64,000 nt of DNA from an uncultured Nitrospiraceae bacterium (lineage in GTDB: Bacteria > Nitrospirota > Thermodesulfovibrionia > Thermodesulfovibrionales > Dissulfurispiraceae): positions 224,001 to 288,000 of the forward strand of contig CAVPIW010000009.1 of the NCBI GenBank assembly GCA_963705105.1. The letters run 5' to 3'. The first letter of the stretch is position 1. The number at the start of each line of letters is the position of its first letter. A program made the translations under genes and the position numbers. The notes under the pieces were generated by a model. The model ran no database searches, had not been told where the DNA came from, and saw only the letters and a list, made by a program, of their open reading frames with translations. Positions 1 through 13,413 of this stretch are shown here, piece by piece.

Positions 1-2053
1 CGGGGCGACAGTCTACCCCGAGGGGGTGAACTTCAGCGTTTACGCGAAGAACGCCCTGTCCATCGAACTCCTCCTCTTCGACGCCGTCGACGACGGAAAA
101 CCGGCCCGCGTGCTCTTTCTCGATCCCCGGGAGAACCGCACATATCATTACTGGCACGTCTTTGTGCCCGGTATCGGTGCCGGCCAGATTTACGGTTTCC
201 GGGCCCACGGCCTTTTCGAACCGCAGCGCGGTCTCCGTTATGACGGCACGCGTCTGCTCCTCGATCCTTACGGCCGCTGCACGGCCGTCCCGGGAGGCTA
301 TGACCGAAAACTCATCTGCGACCAGGCAGACCACACGGCGATCTCCATGAAGAGCATAGTCACCGATACCACTTCCTATGACTGGCAGGGGGACACGCAG
401 CTCAAGAGGCCCTTCTCCCATACCGTCATTTACGAAATGCACGTCGGCGGGTTCACGAAGCACCCGAACTCAGGCCTGGCGGCCGGCAAGAGAGGCACCT
501 ATGCGGGACTCATCGAGAAGATCCCCTACCTGACCGACCTCGGCGTCACCGCCGTCGAGTTCCTCCCCATCTTTCAGTTCGACGAGCATGACAGCCCCGC
601 CGGCATGAAGAACTACTGGGGATACAGCCCCGTCTCTTTTTTCTCCCCCCACTGCGGGTACAGCTCCCGGAAGGACCCCCTCGGTCCCCTCGACGAGTTC
701 AGGGACATGGTGAAGGCCCTGCACAGGGGCGGCATCGAAGTGATCCTCGATGTCGTCTTCAACCATACGGCGGAGGGCGACCACAGGGGTCCGACCTTTT
801 GCTTCAGGGGTCTCGAAAACAAGGCCTATTATATCCTCGAAAATGACAGGGCCTTGTACACGAATTATTCCGGCACCGGCAATACGATGAACGCGAACCA
901 TCCCGTCGTGCGCCGCATGATCGTCGACAGCCTGCGGTTCTGGGTCGAGGAGATGCACGTCGACGGTTTCCGCTTCGATCTCGCCTCGATCCTGTCCCGC
1001 GACGAATCCGGTCATCCGCTGGCAAATCCTCCCGTCCTCTGGGACATCGAGACCGACCCCTCACTGGCGGGCATTAAACTCATTGCCGAGGCCTGGGATG
1101 CAGCGGGTCTCTACCAGGTCGGCTCGTTCGTCGGTGACAGCTGGAAGGAATGGAACGGCAGGTTCAGGGACGACTTCAGGAGCTTTCTCAAAGGCGATGC
1201 CGGCACGGTGACGAAGATCGCGCCGAGGTTCCTCGCCAGTCCCGATCTGTTCGGTCATGAAGAGCGCGAGCCCGAGCAGAGCATCAACTTCGTGACCTGC
1301 CACGACGGGTTCACGCTGAACGACGTCGTCTCCTACAATCACAAGCATAACGAGGCAAACGGAGAGCAGAACCGGGACGGCAGCGACAACAACCTGAGCT
1401 GGAACGGCGGGATCGAGGGACCGACGGACGACTCCGAGGTGGAACGGCTCAGGAGCCGGCAGGTGAAGAACTTCCTGGCCGTCACGCTCATGTCCCTGGG
1501 CACCCCCATGCTGCTCATGGGAGACGAGGTGCGCCGCACCCAGCAGGGGAACAACAACGCCTATTGCCAGGACAATGAAATAAGCTGGTTCGACTGGTCC
1601 CTGGTCGAACGGCACAGGGACATCCACCGTTTCGTGAAAATACTCATCGCCGCCCGGCTGTCCCGCGAGATATCCCAGGATGAATTCCCCGTCACCCTAA
1701 ACCAGTTGCTCCACCAGTCGCGCATCGAATGGCACGGTGTGAAACTCCACCAGCCTGACTGGAGCCCTGCATCGCATACCCTCGCGGTAACGGTCGAATC
1801 CCTGTCAGGCACCCGGTTGGTCCATATCATTCTGAATGCATTCTGGGAGGCCCTCGAGTTCGAGATTCCCCCGCTTCCCGACACATCGTCCGGGGGCTGG
1901 CGGCGCGTCATCGATACGTCCCTCCCGTCGCCCGAGGACTGCTGCACCTGGAAGGACGCGCCGGTCATCAGAGGATCGACGCACATAGCCCATCCCCGCT
2001 CGATCGTTATGTTCGTTGCGGTCGTGAAGGAGCAGACTCCCGTGGTGTTATAG
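1..2053 (+). CDS. glgX: Glycogen debranching enzyme (isoamylase, GH13); 5' end lies upstream of the window
   Basis: Motifs NYWGY, DVVFNHT, VDGFRFDLA, IAEAWD, NFVTCHDGFTL, GNNNAYCQDN. The frame is open from base 2 (GATVYPEG-VNFSV), so the true start is outside the window. Confidence 0.95.
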   Translation, partial: GATVYPEGVNFSVYAKNALSIELLLFDAVDDGKPARVLFLDPRENRTYHYWHVFVPGIGAGQIYGFRAHGLFEPQRGLRYDGTRLLLDPYGRCTAVPGGYDRKLICDQADHTAISMKSIVTDTTSYDWQGDTQLKRPFSHTVIYEMHVGGFTKHPNSGLAAGKRGTYAGLIEKIPYLTDLGVTAVEFLPIFQFDEHDSPAGMKNYWGYSPVSFFSPHCGYSSRKDPLGPLDEFRDMVKALHRGGIEVILDVVFNHTAEGDHRGPTFCFRGLENKAYYILENDRALYTNYSGTGNTMNANHPVVRRMIVDSLRFWVEEMHVDGFRFDLASILSRDESGHPLANPPVLWDIETDPSLAGIKLIAEAWDAAGLYQVGSFVGDSWKEWNGRFRDDFRSFLKGDAGTVTKIAPRFLASPDLFGHEEREPEQSINFVTCHDGFTLNDVVSYNHKHNEANGEQNRDGSDNNLSWNGGIEGPTDDSEVERLRSRQVKNFLAVTLMSLGTPMLLMGDEVRRTQQGNNNAYCQDNEISWFDWSLVERHRDIHRFVKILIAARLSREISQDEFPVTLNQLLHQSRIEWHGVKLHQPDWSPASHTLAVTVESLSGTRLVHIILNAFWEALEFEIPPLPDTSSGGWRRVIDTSLPSPEDCCTWKDAPVIRGSTHIAHPRSIVMFVAVVKEQTPVVL

Positions 2054-2063
2054 GAAGGCAGAC

Positions 2064-4172
2064 ATGCACCAGTCAATGTCAAGAGGTCTGTACATAGCGA
2101 GCACGGTCGCACGGAGCGGCAAGTCCACCGTCATGCTGGGCATGATGGAGTTTCTCTCCTCCCTCGGATGGCGTGTCGGCTTCTTCCGCCCCGTCATAAA
2201 CGACGGCGGCGACCGGGACATGGCCATCCAGCTTGTCGCGGGCCGCTATAAACTCGATTTCCCCTATGACGCCATGTACGGATGCACCATCGATACGGCG
2301 CGGGAGCTCATCTCCCAGGACCGGGACGACGAGCTCATCAGCCTCATCCTTGAGAAGTACAAGGCCCTCGAAAAAAACTGCGACTTCATCGTGACCGTCG
2401 GGACGGATTACGTGGGCATCAATGCGCCGCTTGAATTCGAGTTCAACATCGACATCGCGAACAACCTCGGCATTCCCCTCGTCCCCGTCATCAACGGCGA
2501 CGGCAGGACGGCGAAGGAGATCGTCGAAGCCGTCAAGATGCTCATCGAGGCGCTGGAGCAGAAGAAATGCGACATCCTGGCCGTCTTCGTCAACCGCGTC
2601 ACGCCGAGGGAGAAGAAAGCCGTCGACCTGGGGCTGAGCCAGGCACTGCAGACGACGGTTCCCTTCAACGTGCTGCCCAAGCTGCCGGTGCTCGAAAAGC
2701 CGACGATCGGGGAGATCGCCCGGGACCTCGGCGCCGAGGTCCTCCACGGGACCCAGGAGGGACTGGACCGGGAGATCGACAACTACAAGGTCGCCGCCAT
2801 GGAGCTCCCCCACTTTCTCGACCGTATCGAAGAGGGGAGCCTCATCATCACGCCCGGAGACCGTTCCGACATCATCCTCGGTGCCCTTATGGCCCATGAG
2901 TCCCAGACCTTTCCGAAGATATCGGGTCTCCTCCTCACGGGCGGCATGAAGCCGGCGCCCCAGATCGAAAAGCTCATCGGCGGGCTGAGCAAGATCCTCA
3001 TCCCCGTCCTCGGTGTTCAGACAGACACATTCACGACGGCGATGACCGTCAACTCCATCCAAGGGGCCATCGTCCCGAGCAGCAGACGCAAGATCGCCGG
3101 CGCCCTCGGCATATTCGAGGAATTTGTGAACATGCAGGAGCTGCAGCGGCACATCGCCGTCACGAGGACCCAGCGTGTCACGCCCCTCATGTTCGAGTAC
3201 GAGCTCATCTCCCGGGCGAAGACACGGTGCCGCCACGTCGTTCTTGCCGAAGGCACGGAGGACCGCATCATCAGGGCTGCCGAGATCCTCCTTCTCAGGG
3301 GCTTCTGTGAGATCACCCTTCTCGGGGATGCGGCGGAGATCGGCCGCCGCGCCGAGTCCCTCGGCATCTCACTGAACGGGGTAAACATCGTGGACCCCCT
3401 CGCATCGGCCCTCCGCGATCAGTATGCCGACACCTACTACGAGATGCGCAAACACAAGGGCATTTCGCGCGAGTTGGCCTATGATCTCATGGCCGATGTA
3501 AGCTATTTCGGCACCGCCATGGTCTACCACGGAAACGCCGACGGCATGGTCTCCGGCGCGGTCCATACGACACAGCACACCATCAGGCCCGCCTTCGAGA
3601 TCATCAAGACGAAGCCGGGGTGCTCCATCGTCTCGAGCGTCTTCTTCATGTGCCTCGCCGACCGGGTGCTCGTATTCGGAGACTGCGCCGTCAACCCGAA
3701 CCCGACGGCGGAGCAGCTCGCCGACATCGCCATCAGTTCCGCCGACACCGCCCGGGCCTTCGGTATAGAGCCGCTCGTGGCGATGCTCTCCTACTCGTCG
3801 GGCGAATCCGGCAAGGGCGAGGACGTCGACAAGGTGCGCGAGGCGACGGCCGTCGCGCGGCGGCTCCGTCCCGACCTCAGGGTGGAAGGACCGATCCAGT
3901 ACGACGCGGCCGTCGACCCTGACGTGGCGAAATCGAAGATGCCCGGCAGCGATGTGGCGGGACATGCGACGGTCTTCATCTTTCCCGACCTGAACACGGG
4001 CAACAACACCTATAAGGCCGTCCAGCGTTCAGCCAACGCCGTTGCGATCGGCCCCGTCCTGCAGGGACTGAACAAGCCGGTCAACGACCTCAGCAGGGGC
4101 TGCACGGTGACGGACATCGTCAACACCGTCGCCATCACGGCCATCCAGGCCCAGATGGACGAGTCCCTGTGA
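2064..4172 (+). CDS. pta: Phosphate acetyltransferase, long form with BioD-like/DRTGG N-terminus
   Basis: N-terminal SGKS P-loop-like motif, ITPGDRSD, and PTA motifs FGDCAVNPNP, GPIQYDAA, FPDLNTGNNTYKAVQR, KPVNDLSRGC. Confidence 0.95.
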   Translation: MHQSMSRGLYIASTVARSGKSTVMLGMMEFLSSLGWRVGFFRPVINDGGDRDMAIQLVAGRYKLDFPYDAMYGCTIDTARELISQDRDDELISLILEKYKALEKNCDFIVTVGTDYVGINAPLEFEFNIDIANNLGIPLVPVINGDGRTAKEIVEAVKMLIEALEQKKCDILAVFVNRVTPREKKAVDLGLSQALQTTVPFNVLPKLPVLEKPTIGEIARDLGAEVLHGTQEGLDREIDNYKVAAMELPHFLDRIEEGSLIITPGDRSDIILGALMAHESQTFPKISGLLLTGGMKPAPQIEKLIGGLSKILIPVLGVQTDTFTTAMTVNSIQGAIVPSSRRKIAGALGIFEEFVNMQELQRHIAVTRTQRVTPLMFEYELISRAKTRCRHVVLAEGTEDRIIRAAEILLLRGFCEITLLGDAAEIGRRAESLGISLNGVNIVDPLASALRDQYADTYYEMRKHKGISRELAYDLMADVSYFGTAMVYHGNADGMVSGAVHTTQHTIRPAFEIIKTKPGCSIVSSVFFMCLADRVLVFGDCAVNPNPTAEQLADIAISSADTARAFGIEPLVAMLSYSSGESGKGEDVDKVREATAVARRLRPDLRVEGPIQYDAAVDPDVAKSKMPGSDVAGHATVFIFPDLNTGNNTYKAVQRSANAVAIGPVLQGLNKPVNDLSRGCTVTDIVNTVAITAIQAQMDESL

Positions 4173-4173
4173 T

Positions 4174-4371
4174 CCTCTCCGTTGCGTGAAAAGGCGGGAC
4201 AAAGTGCCTATGAAAGACAGTGTCAGTGTCAGTGTGAGTGTCAGCAGAAGGTTCACCTTTTTTCAACCGTGGTTCTGACATGATCCTCATGGGAAGGCAA
4301 AGGTTTCTCAGCACCAAGGCTTTTCGGCATTTTCACCCCGCCTTTCCGGAGGTCCTGTGCCAATGATAAAG
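4174..4371. mobile_element. Diverged MITE-like element (family 1 ends, hexamer-tract interior) overlapping the ackA start
   Basis: Left end GTTGCGTGAAAAGGCGGG and right end CCCCGCCTTTCCGGAGGTCCTGTGCCAATGATAAAG match the ends of the 212-bp element. The interior matches 23274-23472. Confidence 0.7.
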
Positions 4372-5571
4372 ACGGTTGCCGTCGTCAACTCAGGCAGTTC
4401 CTCCATCAAATACGAGGTCTTCAGTGTCGGCGGTCTCGTGCCGGCGGCATCGGGACTGCTCGAGCGTATCGGAACGGATACGGGCCATCTCCGTCACCGC
4501 CAGTGGCGTGACGGCGTCGAATCGCCTGCGCTCGACATCATGCAGGCCGTGAAGGACCACAGCGAGGGATTCGGTCTGATCCTCTCCGTCATGACCGAGA
4601 GGAAGGTCGTGAGCGAAAAAGGAGAGCTCGCCGCCATCGGTCACCGCGTCGTTCACGGGGGCGAATCATTCCACAAACCGACAATCCTGACGGACCCTGT
4701 TATATCGACAATCAGGGACCTCGTTCACCTGGCGCCCCTGCACAACCCGGCGAACCTCCTCGGCATCGAGATCCTCAGGGGCATTTTCCCGGACATCCCG
4801 CAGGTGGCGGTCTTCGATACGGCCTTTCATCAGTCCATGCCTCCCCGCGCGTACCGCTACGCCCTGCCGGAAGAGTTCTATACGTCACACCACGTCAGGC
4901 GTTACGGATTTCACGGCACGTCTCACCAGTACGTTTCGAGGGAGGCGGCAAGGCATCTGGGCATATCTGCGGCAAAGGCGAACCTCATCACCCTCCACCT
5001 GGGAAACGGGGCCAGCGCCGCGGCCGTCCAGGGCGGCAGGAGCGTCGACACCTCCATGGGCATGACCCCCCTGGAGGGACTCGTGATGGGCACGCGGTGC
5101 GGCGACATCGATCCGGCGGTCCCGACGTATCTGCTGCGCCGGGCAGGCCTGGGGATTTCCGACGTGGATGAGGTCCTGAACCGCAGGAGCGGTCTGCTGG
5201 GCCTCTGCGGCGTCCATGACATGAGGGAGGTGCAGCGCCTCGCCGAGGGGGGCGATGAGAGGGCAGCCGTCGCCATCGACATGTACTGTTACCGCATCCG
5301 GAAATACATCGGCGCCTATACGGCTGCGCTCGGCAGGGTCGATGCCGTCGTCTTTACCGGGGGTATCGGTGAGAACGCCTCCATCATCAGGAAACGATCC
5401 TGTGAGGGACTTGAGCCTCTCGGCATTGTGCTGGATGAAGGGAAGAACGCATCGGTACCGGGCGACGTCACGGACATTCACGATGAACGGTCGCCGGTGA
5501 AGGTCCTCGTGATCAGGACGAACGAGGAGCTCGAAATAGCTCGGCAAACACTCGAAACGATAGGGTCATAG
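4357..5571 (+). CDS. ackA: Acetate kinase (start GTG 4357 or ATG 4363)
   Basis: NSGSSSIK, GHRVVHGG, APLHNP, FDTAFH, YGFHGTSH, HLGNGAS, FTGGIGEN, TNEEL motifs; follows pta. Confidence 0.96.
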   Translation: MPMIKTVAVVNSGSSSIKYEVFSVGGLVPAASGLLERIGTDTGHLRHRQWRDGVESPALDIMQAVKDHSEGFGLILSVMTERKVVSEKGELAAIGHRVVHGGESFHKPTILTDPVISTIRDLVHLAPLHNPANLLGIEILRGIFPDIPQVAVFDTAFHQSMPPRAYRYALPEEFYTSHHVRRYGFHGTSHQYVSREAARHLGISAAKANLITLHLGNGASAAAVQGGRSVDTSMGMTPLEGLVMGTRCGDIDPAVPTYLLRRAGLGISDVDEVLNRRSGLLGLCGVHDMREVQRLAEGGDERAAVAIDMYCYRIRKYIGAYTAALGRVDAVVFTGGIGENASIIRKRSCEGLEPLGIVLDEGKNASVPGDVTDIHDERSPVKVLVIRTNEELEIARQTLETIGS

Positions 5572-5640
5572 TGACAGTGTGAGTGCGAGTGTCAGTGAAA
5601 GGAAACTATTCGTGACAATGTCAGTGCCAGTGTCAGTGAA
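5572..5640. repeat. AGTGTC/AGTGTG-type hexamer tracts
   Basis: gtgacagtgtgagtgcgagtgtcagtg and gtgacaatgtcagtgccagtgtcagtg directly after the ackA stop. Confidence 0.8.
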
Positions 5641-5990
5641 CCTTTCAGTTGCCGGAAAAGGCAGGACAAAGTGCCTCAAAACCCTGCTGATAGCGGCGCG
5701 ATCGCCGGGAAGGCAGATATGGTTCAAAGCCTTTCCAATGCGATGATGAGACTTTGAAAGGTGTTCAGCGCCTGTTGCCTGACGGGCAGTTGTCATCAAC
5801 AGACACGGCAAAGGGGGGTCTGGTGACGAATAAGGTATCTTAGCGGAAAGGCTTTTCACCACATCAGCCTTCCCGTTTGGGCAGTCGCGGCGTGGGGTGC
5901 CGACTTTCAACTGCTGACCAAAGACTCAATGACTTCATTGCGGCGGCATCTTCGCCCCGCCTTCCCGAAGGGCGTATTGCAACGGTACGG
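5641..5990. mobile_element. Diverged MITE-like element, family 1 ends with a longer interior
   Basis: Starts cctttcagttgccggaaaaggcagg and ends cgccccgccttcccgaagggcgtattgcaacggtacgg. It shares the interior blocks ccgggaaggcagatatggttcaaagcctt and gactcaatgact with 11358-11606. Confidence 0.65.
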
Positions 5991-6082
5991 TAAAGAAGTG
6001 AAAAGGGGTGAATGCAAATGTGAGTGAGAGGGGGCAGGTCGAGCGGGAACGGCACATGCGTTGTCCGCGATTCCTTATTATT

Positions 6083-6143
6083 CGTCATTCCCGCTTGCCG
6101 GGAATCTTTCTTCAAGAGGGATCCCGGACGAGCCGGGATGACG
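6083..6143. repeat. REP-like double palindrome
   Basis: cgtcattcccgcttgccgggaatc...gatcccggacgagccgggatgacg; related copies at 13293, about 37010, about 57877 and about 58252. Confidence 0.7.
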
Positions 6144-6256
6144 AATGCGGACTGTACTTGACTGCAGTCCTGATGCCATTATCAAATGTGCTTCATTGAA
6201 CTGACACAGTCACTGTCACTGTTCTTGAAAGGTAACCATTCAGCTGCGAAAGGAGT

Positions 6257-9892
<3,636 letters not shown>

Positions 9893-9895
9893 ACC

Positions 9896-10894
9896 ATGGA
9901 CCTTACATCGACATACTGCGGATTACAGCTACCCCACCCCTTTATCGCGGGACCGTCGCCCCTCTCCGACAGCGTCGAGGGTGCGAAAAAGCTCGAAGAC
10001 GCCGGCGCCGCGGCAGTCGTATTGAGGACAATCTACGAGGAGCAGATAGAAAACGACGAGCGCACCATCCAGAGGTCCCTTTCCCACGGCAATTCTTTCG
10101 GAGAGGCCCTGAGCTACTTCTCGTCTCTCGATCCCCTCTCCTTCGGACTCGAAGAATACATGGAGCGCATACGGAGAACAAAGGAGGCCCTCTCCGTCCC
10201 CGTCTTCGCATCCGTCAGCGGCCTCACGTTCGGCGGGTGGAGGGATTACGCCCGGGGCGCCGAGCAGGCGGGAGCGGACGGCATCGAGCTCGATTTTTAT
10301 TACGTCGCCACACACGCGGATGAGACGGCGAACGACATCGAAAACCGGTTCGTCGAAACCGTGCGCACCGTCAGGGAGGCGGTCAGGATACCTGTCTGCC
10401 CGAAGCTCACCGCCTTCTTTACATCCCTCGCGAATGTGGCTCGCCGGCTCAATGAGGCCGGAGCAGACGGCCTGGTCCTTTTGCATCGCTTCTACGAACC
10501 GAACATCGATGTGGACAGGCTGGAGCTGAAATCGGAACTCGTCCTTTCGGGGTCCGTGGAACTGCCCCTCAGGCTCAGATGGCTTGGCATCGTGTCGGCA
10601 TACGTACAATGCTCGCTCGCCGTCACGGGCGGCGTCCACACGACGACCGATGCCGTCAAAGCGATCATGGCCGGGGCAAATGCAGTCCAGATGGTGTCGG
10701 TGCTGCTCAAGGAGGGAACGGGATTGATCGGACGGTTTCGCAATGAACTGGGTGAATGGCTGGAACGCCACGAGTACGAGTCCCTCGCCCAGATGAGAGG
10801 AAGCATGAACATACTGCGCACACCCAATCCGCAGGCCCTGTCACGTTCGCACTACATCCATCTTCAGCAGTCCTGGAGAAGCGAGAGCAAATAA
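9896..10894 (+). CDS. Dihydroorotate dehydrogenase-like FMN protein
   Basis: DHOD-like fold motifs (PxxAGxSP, GADGIEL, IPVCPKL, TGGVHT, AGANAVQ); 3 nt downstream of PFOR; lacks the N-x-S-C-P-N catalytic loop. Confidence 0.85.
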   Translation: MDLTSTYCGLQLPHPFIAGPSPLSDSVEGAKKLEDAGAAAVVLRTIYEEQIENDERTIQRSLSHGNSFGEALSYFSSLDPLSFGLEEYMERIRRTKEALSVPVFASVSGLTFGGWRDYARGAEQAGADGIELDFYYVATHADETANDIENRFVETVRTVREAVRIPVCPKLTAFFTSLANVARRLNEAGADGLVLLHRFYEPNIDVDRLELKSELVLSGSVELPLRLRWLGIVSAYVQCSLAVTGGVHTTTDAVKAIMAGANAVQMVSVLLKEGTGLIGRFRNELGEWLERHEYESLAQMRGSMNILRTPNPQALSRSHYIHLQQSWRSESK

Positions 10895-11000
10895 TAGTGC
10901 CAGTGTCGGGGCAGTGTCAGTATAGGAGGGTATCGGGACGGAAAAGCTTAGGGACGGCCGTACTGCGACGATAGAGTCTATCGGGCCTGCCGAACTGGAG

Positions 11001-11372
11001 ATGTTCCTGTCACGATGCGGAGAGGACCGCACCATCGACGCCGGTCGCACGACTGCCCTTGCTGTAACAGTCCGATCTGAAGGCAGGGAAGAAATCGCCG
11101 GCGCCGCTTGGTTTACCGCCACTGACGACGGAACGGGCAGTGCCTGGTTCGGCATCGCTGTTGATCCGTCCTGTCAGGGCATCGGCGTTGCATCCATGCT
11201 GCTCAAACATCTCATCGACTCGGCACGGGCTGCCCGTGTCCCGGTCCTGATGACCGGCATCGATCCCGGGGACCAGCGGATGCTCTCCCTCCTCTTCCAC
11301 ACCGGCCTGGCGATGAAGTACGACATATCCGGCGACGTCATGCATGTGACGCTTGATCTTCCGGTTGCGTGA
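11001..11372 (+). CDS. Small GNAT-family acetyltransferase (start uncertain)
   Basis: GIAVDPSCQGIGVASMLL acetyl-CoA motif A. GNAT-like sequence (LRDGRTATIESIGP) continues upstream in frame to a TAG at 10923. Confidence 0.65.
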   Translation: MFLSRCGEDRTIDAGRTTALAVTVRSEGREEIAGAAWFTATDDGTGSAWFGIAVDPSCQGIGVASMLLKHLIDSARAARVPVLMTGIDPGDQRMLSLLFHTGLAMKYDISGDVMHVTLDLPVA

Positions 11373-11606
11373 AAAGGCGGGGCGACGCGCTCTGAAAACA
11401 GTGTCAGTGACAGTGTGAGTGTCAGTGTCGGTGTCACTACCGCTGCTTCCGGGAAGGCAGATATGGTTCAAAGCCTTCCCGTCTGGTTGTACGTGGCCGG
11501 ATTGCGACTATCGACCGCTGACTGGTGACTCAATGACTCAATGACTAATGACTCTGCGGTGGCATCTTCGCCCTGCCTTTCCGGATGTCCTATTGCGACG
11601 ATAAGG
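11358..11606. mobile_element. MITE-like element, family 1 ends with hexamer and AATGACT tracts inside
   Basis: ggttgcgtgaaaaggcggggcg...cgccctgcctttccggatgtcctattgcgacgataagg; the right end is nearly identical to 46155-46190. Confidence 0.75.
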
Positions 11607-11635
11607 TTTATTCAACGACAAGATTGAGATTCCCG

Positions 11636-13087
11636 TCAGGAACTGAGGCGGATCTTTTTCGCGTTTCTTCTTCCATAGCCGAAGTAGATCACGAAGCCGA
11701 TGAGGAGCCACACAAGGAGCCTGAGCCAGGTGTCTCCCGGGAGCCCCGCCATGAGGTAGAGGCAGGTGACGATGCCGAGGACCGGCGTTGCCGACCCGCC
11801 CGGCGCCCTGAAGACCCTCGGCGCATCCGGGTGGGTGTACCTCAGGATCAGCACGCCCGCGCAGACGATGACGAAGGCGAGGAGCGTCCCGATGCTGACG
11901 AGTTCCCCGACGATGCCGATGGGCAGGAGCGCCGCCGTGAGGGCCGTCGCCGCGCCGGTGATGATCGTGATGATATAGGGAGTCCTGAAGGCGGGGTGTA
12001 TCTTTGCAATCCCGTCCGGCAGCAGGCCGTCCCTGCTCATGGAGAAGAAGATCCTCGTCTGGCCGAGAATGAGCACGAGGATCACGGACGTGAGACCGGC
12101 GATGGCGCCTACTTTAAGAAGCGGGGAAAACAGGCCCAGTTCCATTGCGTCGAGGGCGACGGCGAAGGGGGCCGGGCCGCCGAGTCGAGTGTAGGGAACA
12201 ACTCCCGTCAGCACGAGGGAGACGATCACATAGAGGACCGTGCAGACAAGCAGGCTGCCGAGGATGCCGATAGGCACGTCACGCTTCGGATTTTTCGCCT
12301 CCTGGGCGAGGGTCGAAACGACGTCGAAGCCGATATAGGCAAAAAAGATGACACCCGCTCCCCGCAGGACACCGCTCCATCCGAAAGAGCCGAACTGGCC
12401 CGTGTTGGGCGGGATGAAGGGGTTCCACAGATCGGTATCGATGAAGAAGAGCCCGGCTATGGTGAAAGCGATGATGATCGTCACCTTGATGAAAACGATG
12501 AAGGCGTTGATCGTCGCTGATTCCCTGATGCCGATGGCGATGATCATCGTCGTGACCGCCACGACGATAACGGCGGGCAGATTGAAGAGCGCCCCCGTCA
12601 CAATCCATCCGCCCAGTTGATGGCTGTAGTCGACCGGGGGCGACGTCAAAGAGCCGGGCAAAACAATGCCCATATCGGCAAGAAGACTCACCACGTATCC
12701 CGACCAGCCGATGGCGACGCTTGTCGCGCCGAGTGTATATTCGAGAATGAGGTCCCAGCCGATGACCCAGGCCGCGAGTTGTCCCAGTGTCGCATAGGCA
12801 TAGGTGTAGGCACTGCCGGCGATGGGGATCATCGACGCGAACTCGGCGTAACAGAGCCCCGCAAAGGCGCAGGCAAAGCCGGCGAGGATGAAGGACAGAA
12901 CAATGGCCGGGCCGGCAATTTCTGCCGCGACATGCCCCGTCAGGATAAAGATACCCGCCCCGACGATGACGCCGATGCCGAGCAGGATGAGGGTCAGCGG
13001 GCCGAGGGAACGCTTCAGGCCGCGCTTCTCCTCGAAGGCCTCGATGGTCAGCTCAGCCAGCGTTTTTCTCAGGAAGAGATCTTTCAT
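11636..13087 (-). CDS. APC-family (cationic) amino acid permease
   Basis: Many TM segments; GIGVIVGAGIF, CYAEFASMIPIAGSAYTY, FFAYIGFD, EAKNPKRDVP, MSRDGLLP motifs. Confidence 0.92.
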   Translation of the reverse strand: MKDLFLRKTLAELTIEAFEEKRGLKRSLGPLTLILLGIGVIVGAGIFILTGHVAAEIAGPAIVLSFILAGFACAFAGLCYAEFASMIPIAGSAYTYAYATLGQLAAWVIGWDLILEYTLGATSVAIGWSGYVVSLLADMGIVLPGSLTSPPVDYSHQLGGWIVTGALFNLPAVIVVAVTTMIIAIGIRESATINAFIVFIKVTIIIAFTIAGLFFIDTDLWNPFIPPNTGQFGSFGWSGVLRGAGVIFFAYIGFDVVSTLAQEAKNPKRDVPIGILGSLLVCTVLYVIVSLVLTGVVPYTRLGGPAPFAVALDAMELGLFSPLLKVGAIAGLTSVILVLILGQTRIFFSMSRDGLLPDGIAKIHPAFRTPYIITIITGAATALTAALLPIGIVGELVSIGTLLAFVIVCAGVLILRYTHPDAPRVFRAPGGSATPVLGIVTCLYLMAGLPGDTWLRLLVWLLIGFVIYFGYGRRNAKKIRLSS

Positions 13088-13292
13088 GATCGTCCCGTCG
13101 TCAAGGTGTCAGTTATTATACCCCATTACAGTGTCAGTGTCGGCGGTCTCCGTCATCACGGCTTGTTCGGGATCCGTCGGAGGGCCTATGCCACGATAAG
13201 GTGGCGCTGACACTCACACTTCACACTATTCTTTTGGGCTATAATGAAAAAACAGGGAATGATGAAGGATGCTGAAGCATGTCCTATGATTT

Positions 13293-13352
13293 GTCATTCC
13301 GGCTCGCCCGGAATCTTTCTCCGGGAAGGACTCCCGACAGGCGGGAGCAACA
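13293..13352. repeat. REP-like double palindrome
   Basis: tgtcattccggctcgcccggaatc...gactcccgacaggcgggagc, similar to 6083-6143. Confidence 0.6.
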
Positions 13353-13413
13353 GGAGATAAGTCATTTCACTTATTGTGCAGAAATCAGATAATCGCAATG
13401 AAGGGAGGAAGCT

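Noticed and set aside
10923..10925. Pyrrolysine read-through of the TAG before the GNAT
   Set aside because: Only three codons follow the upstream GTG, there is no RBS for it, and there is no evidence of pyl genes.
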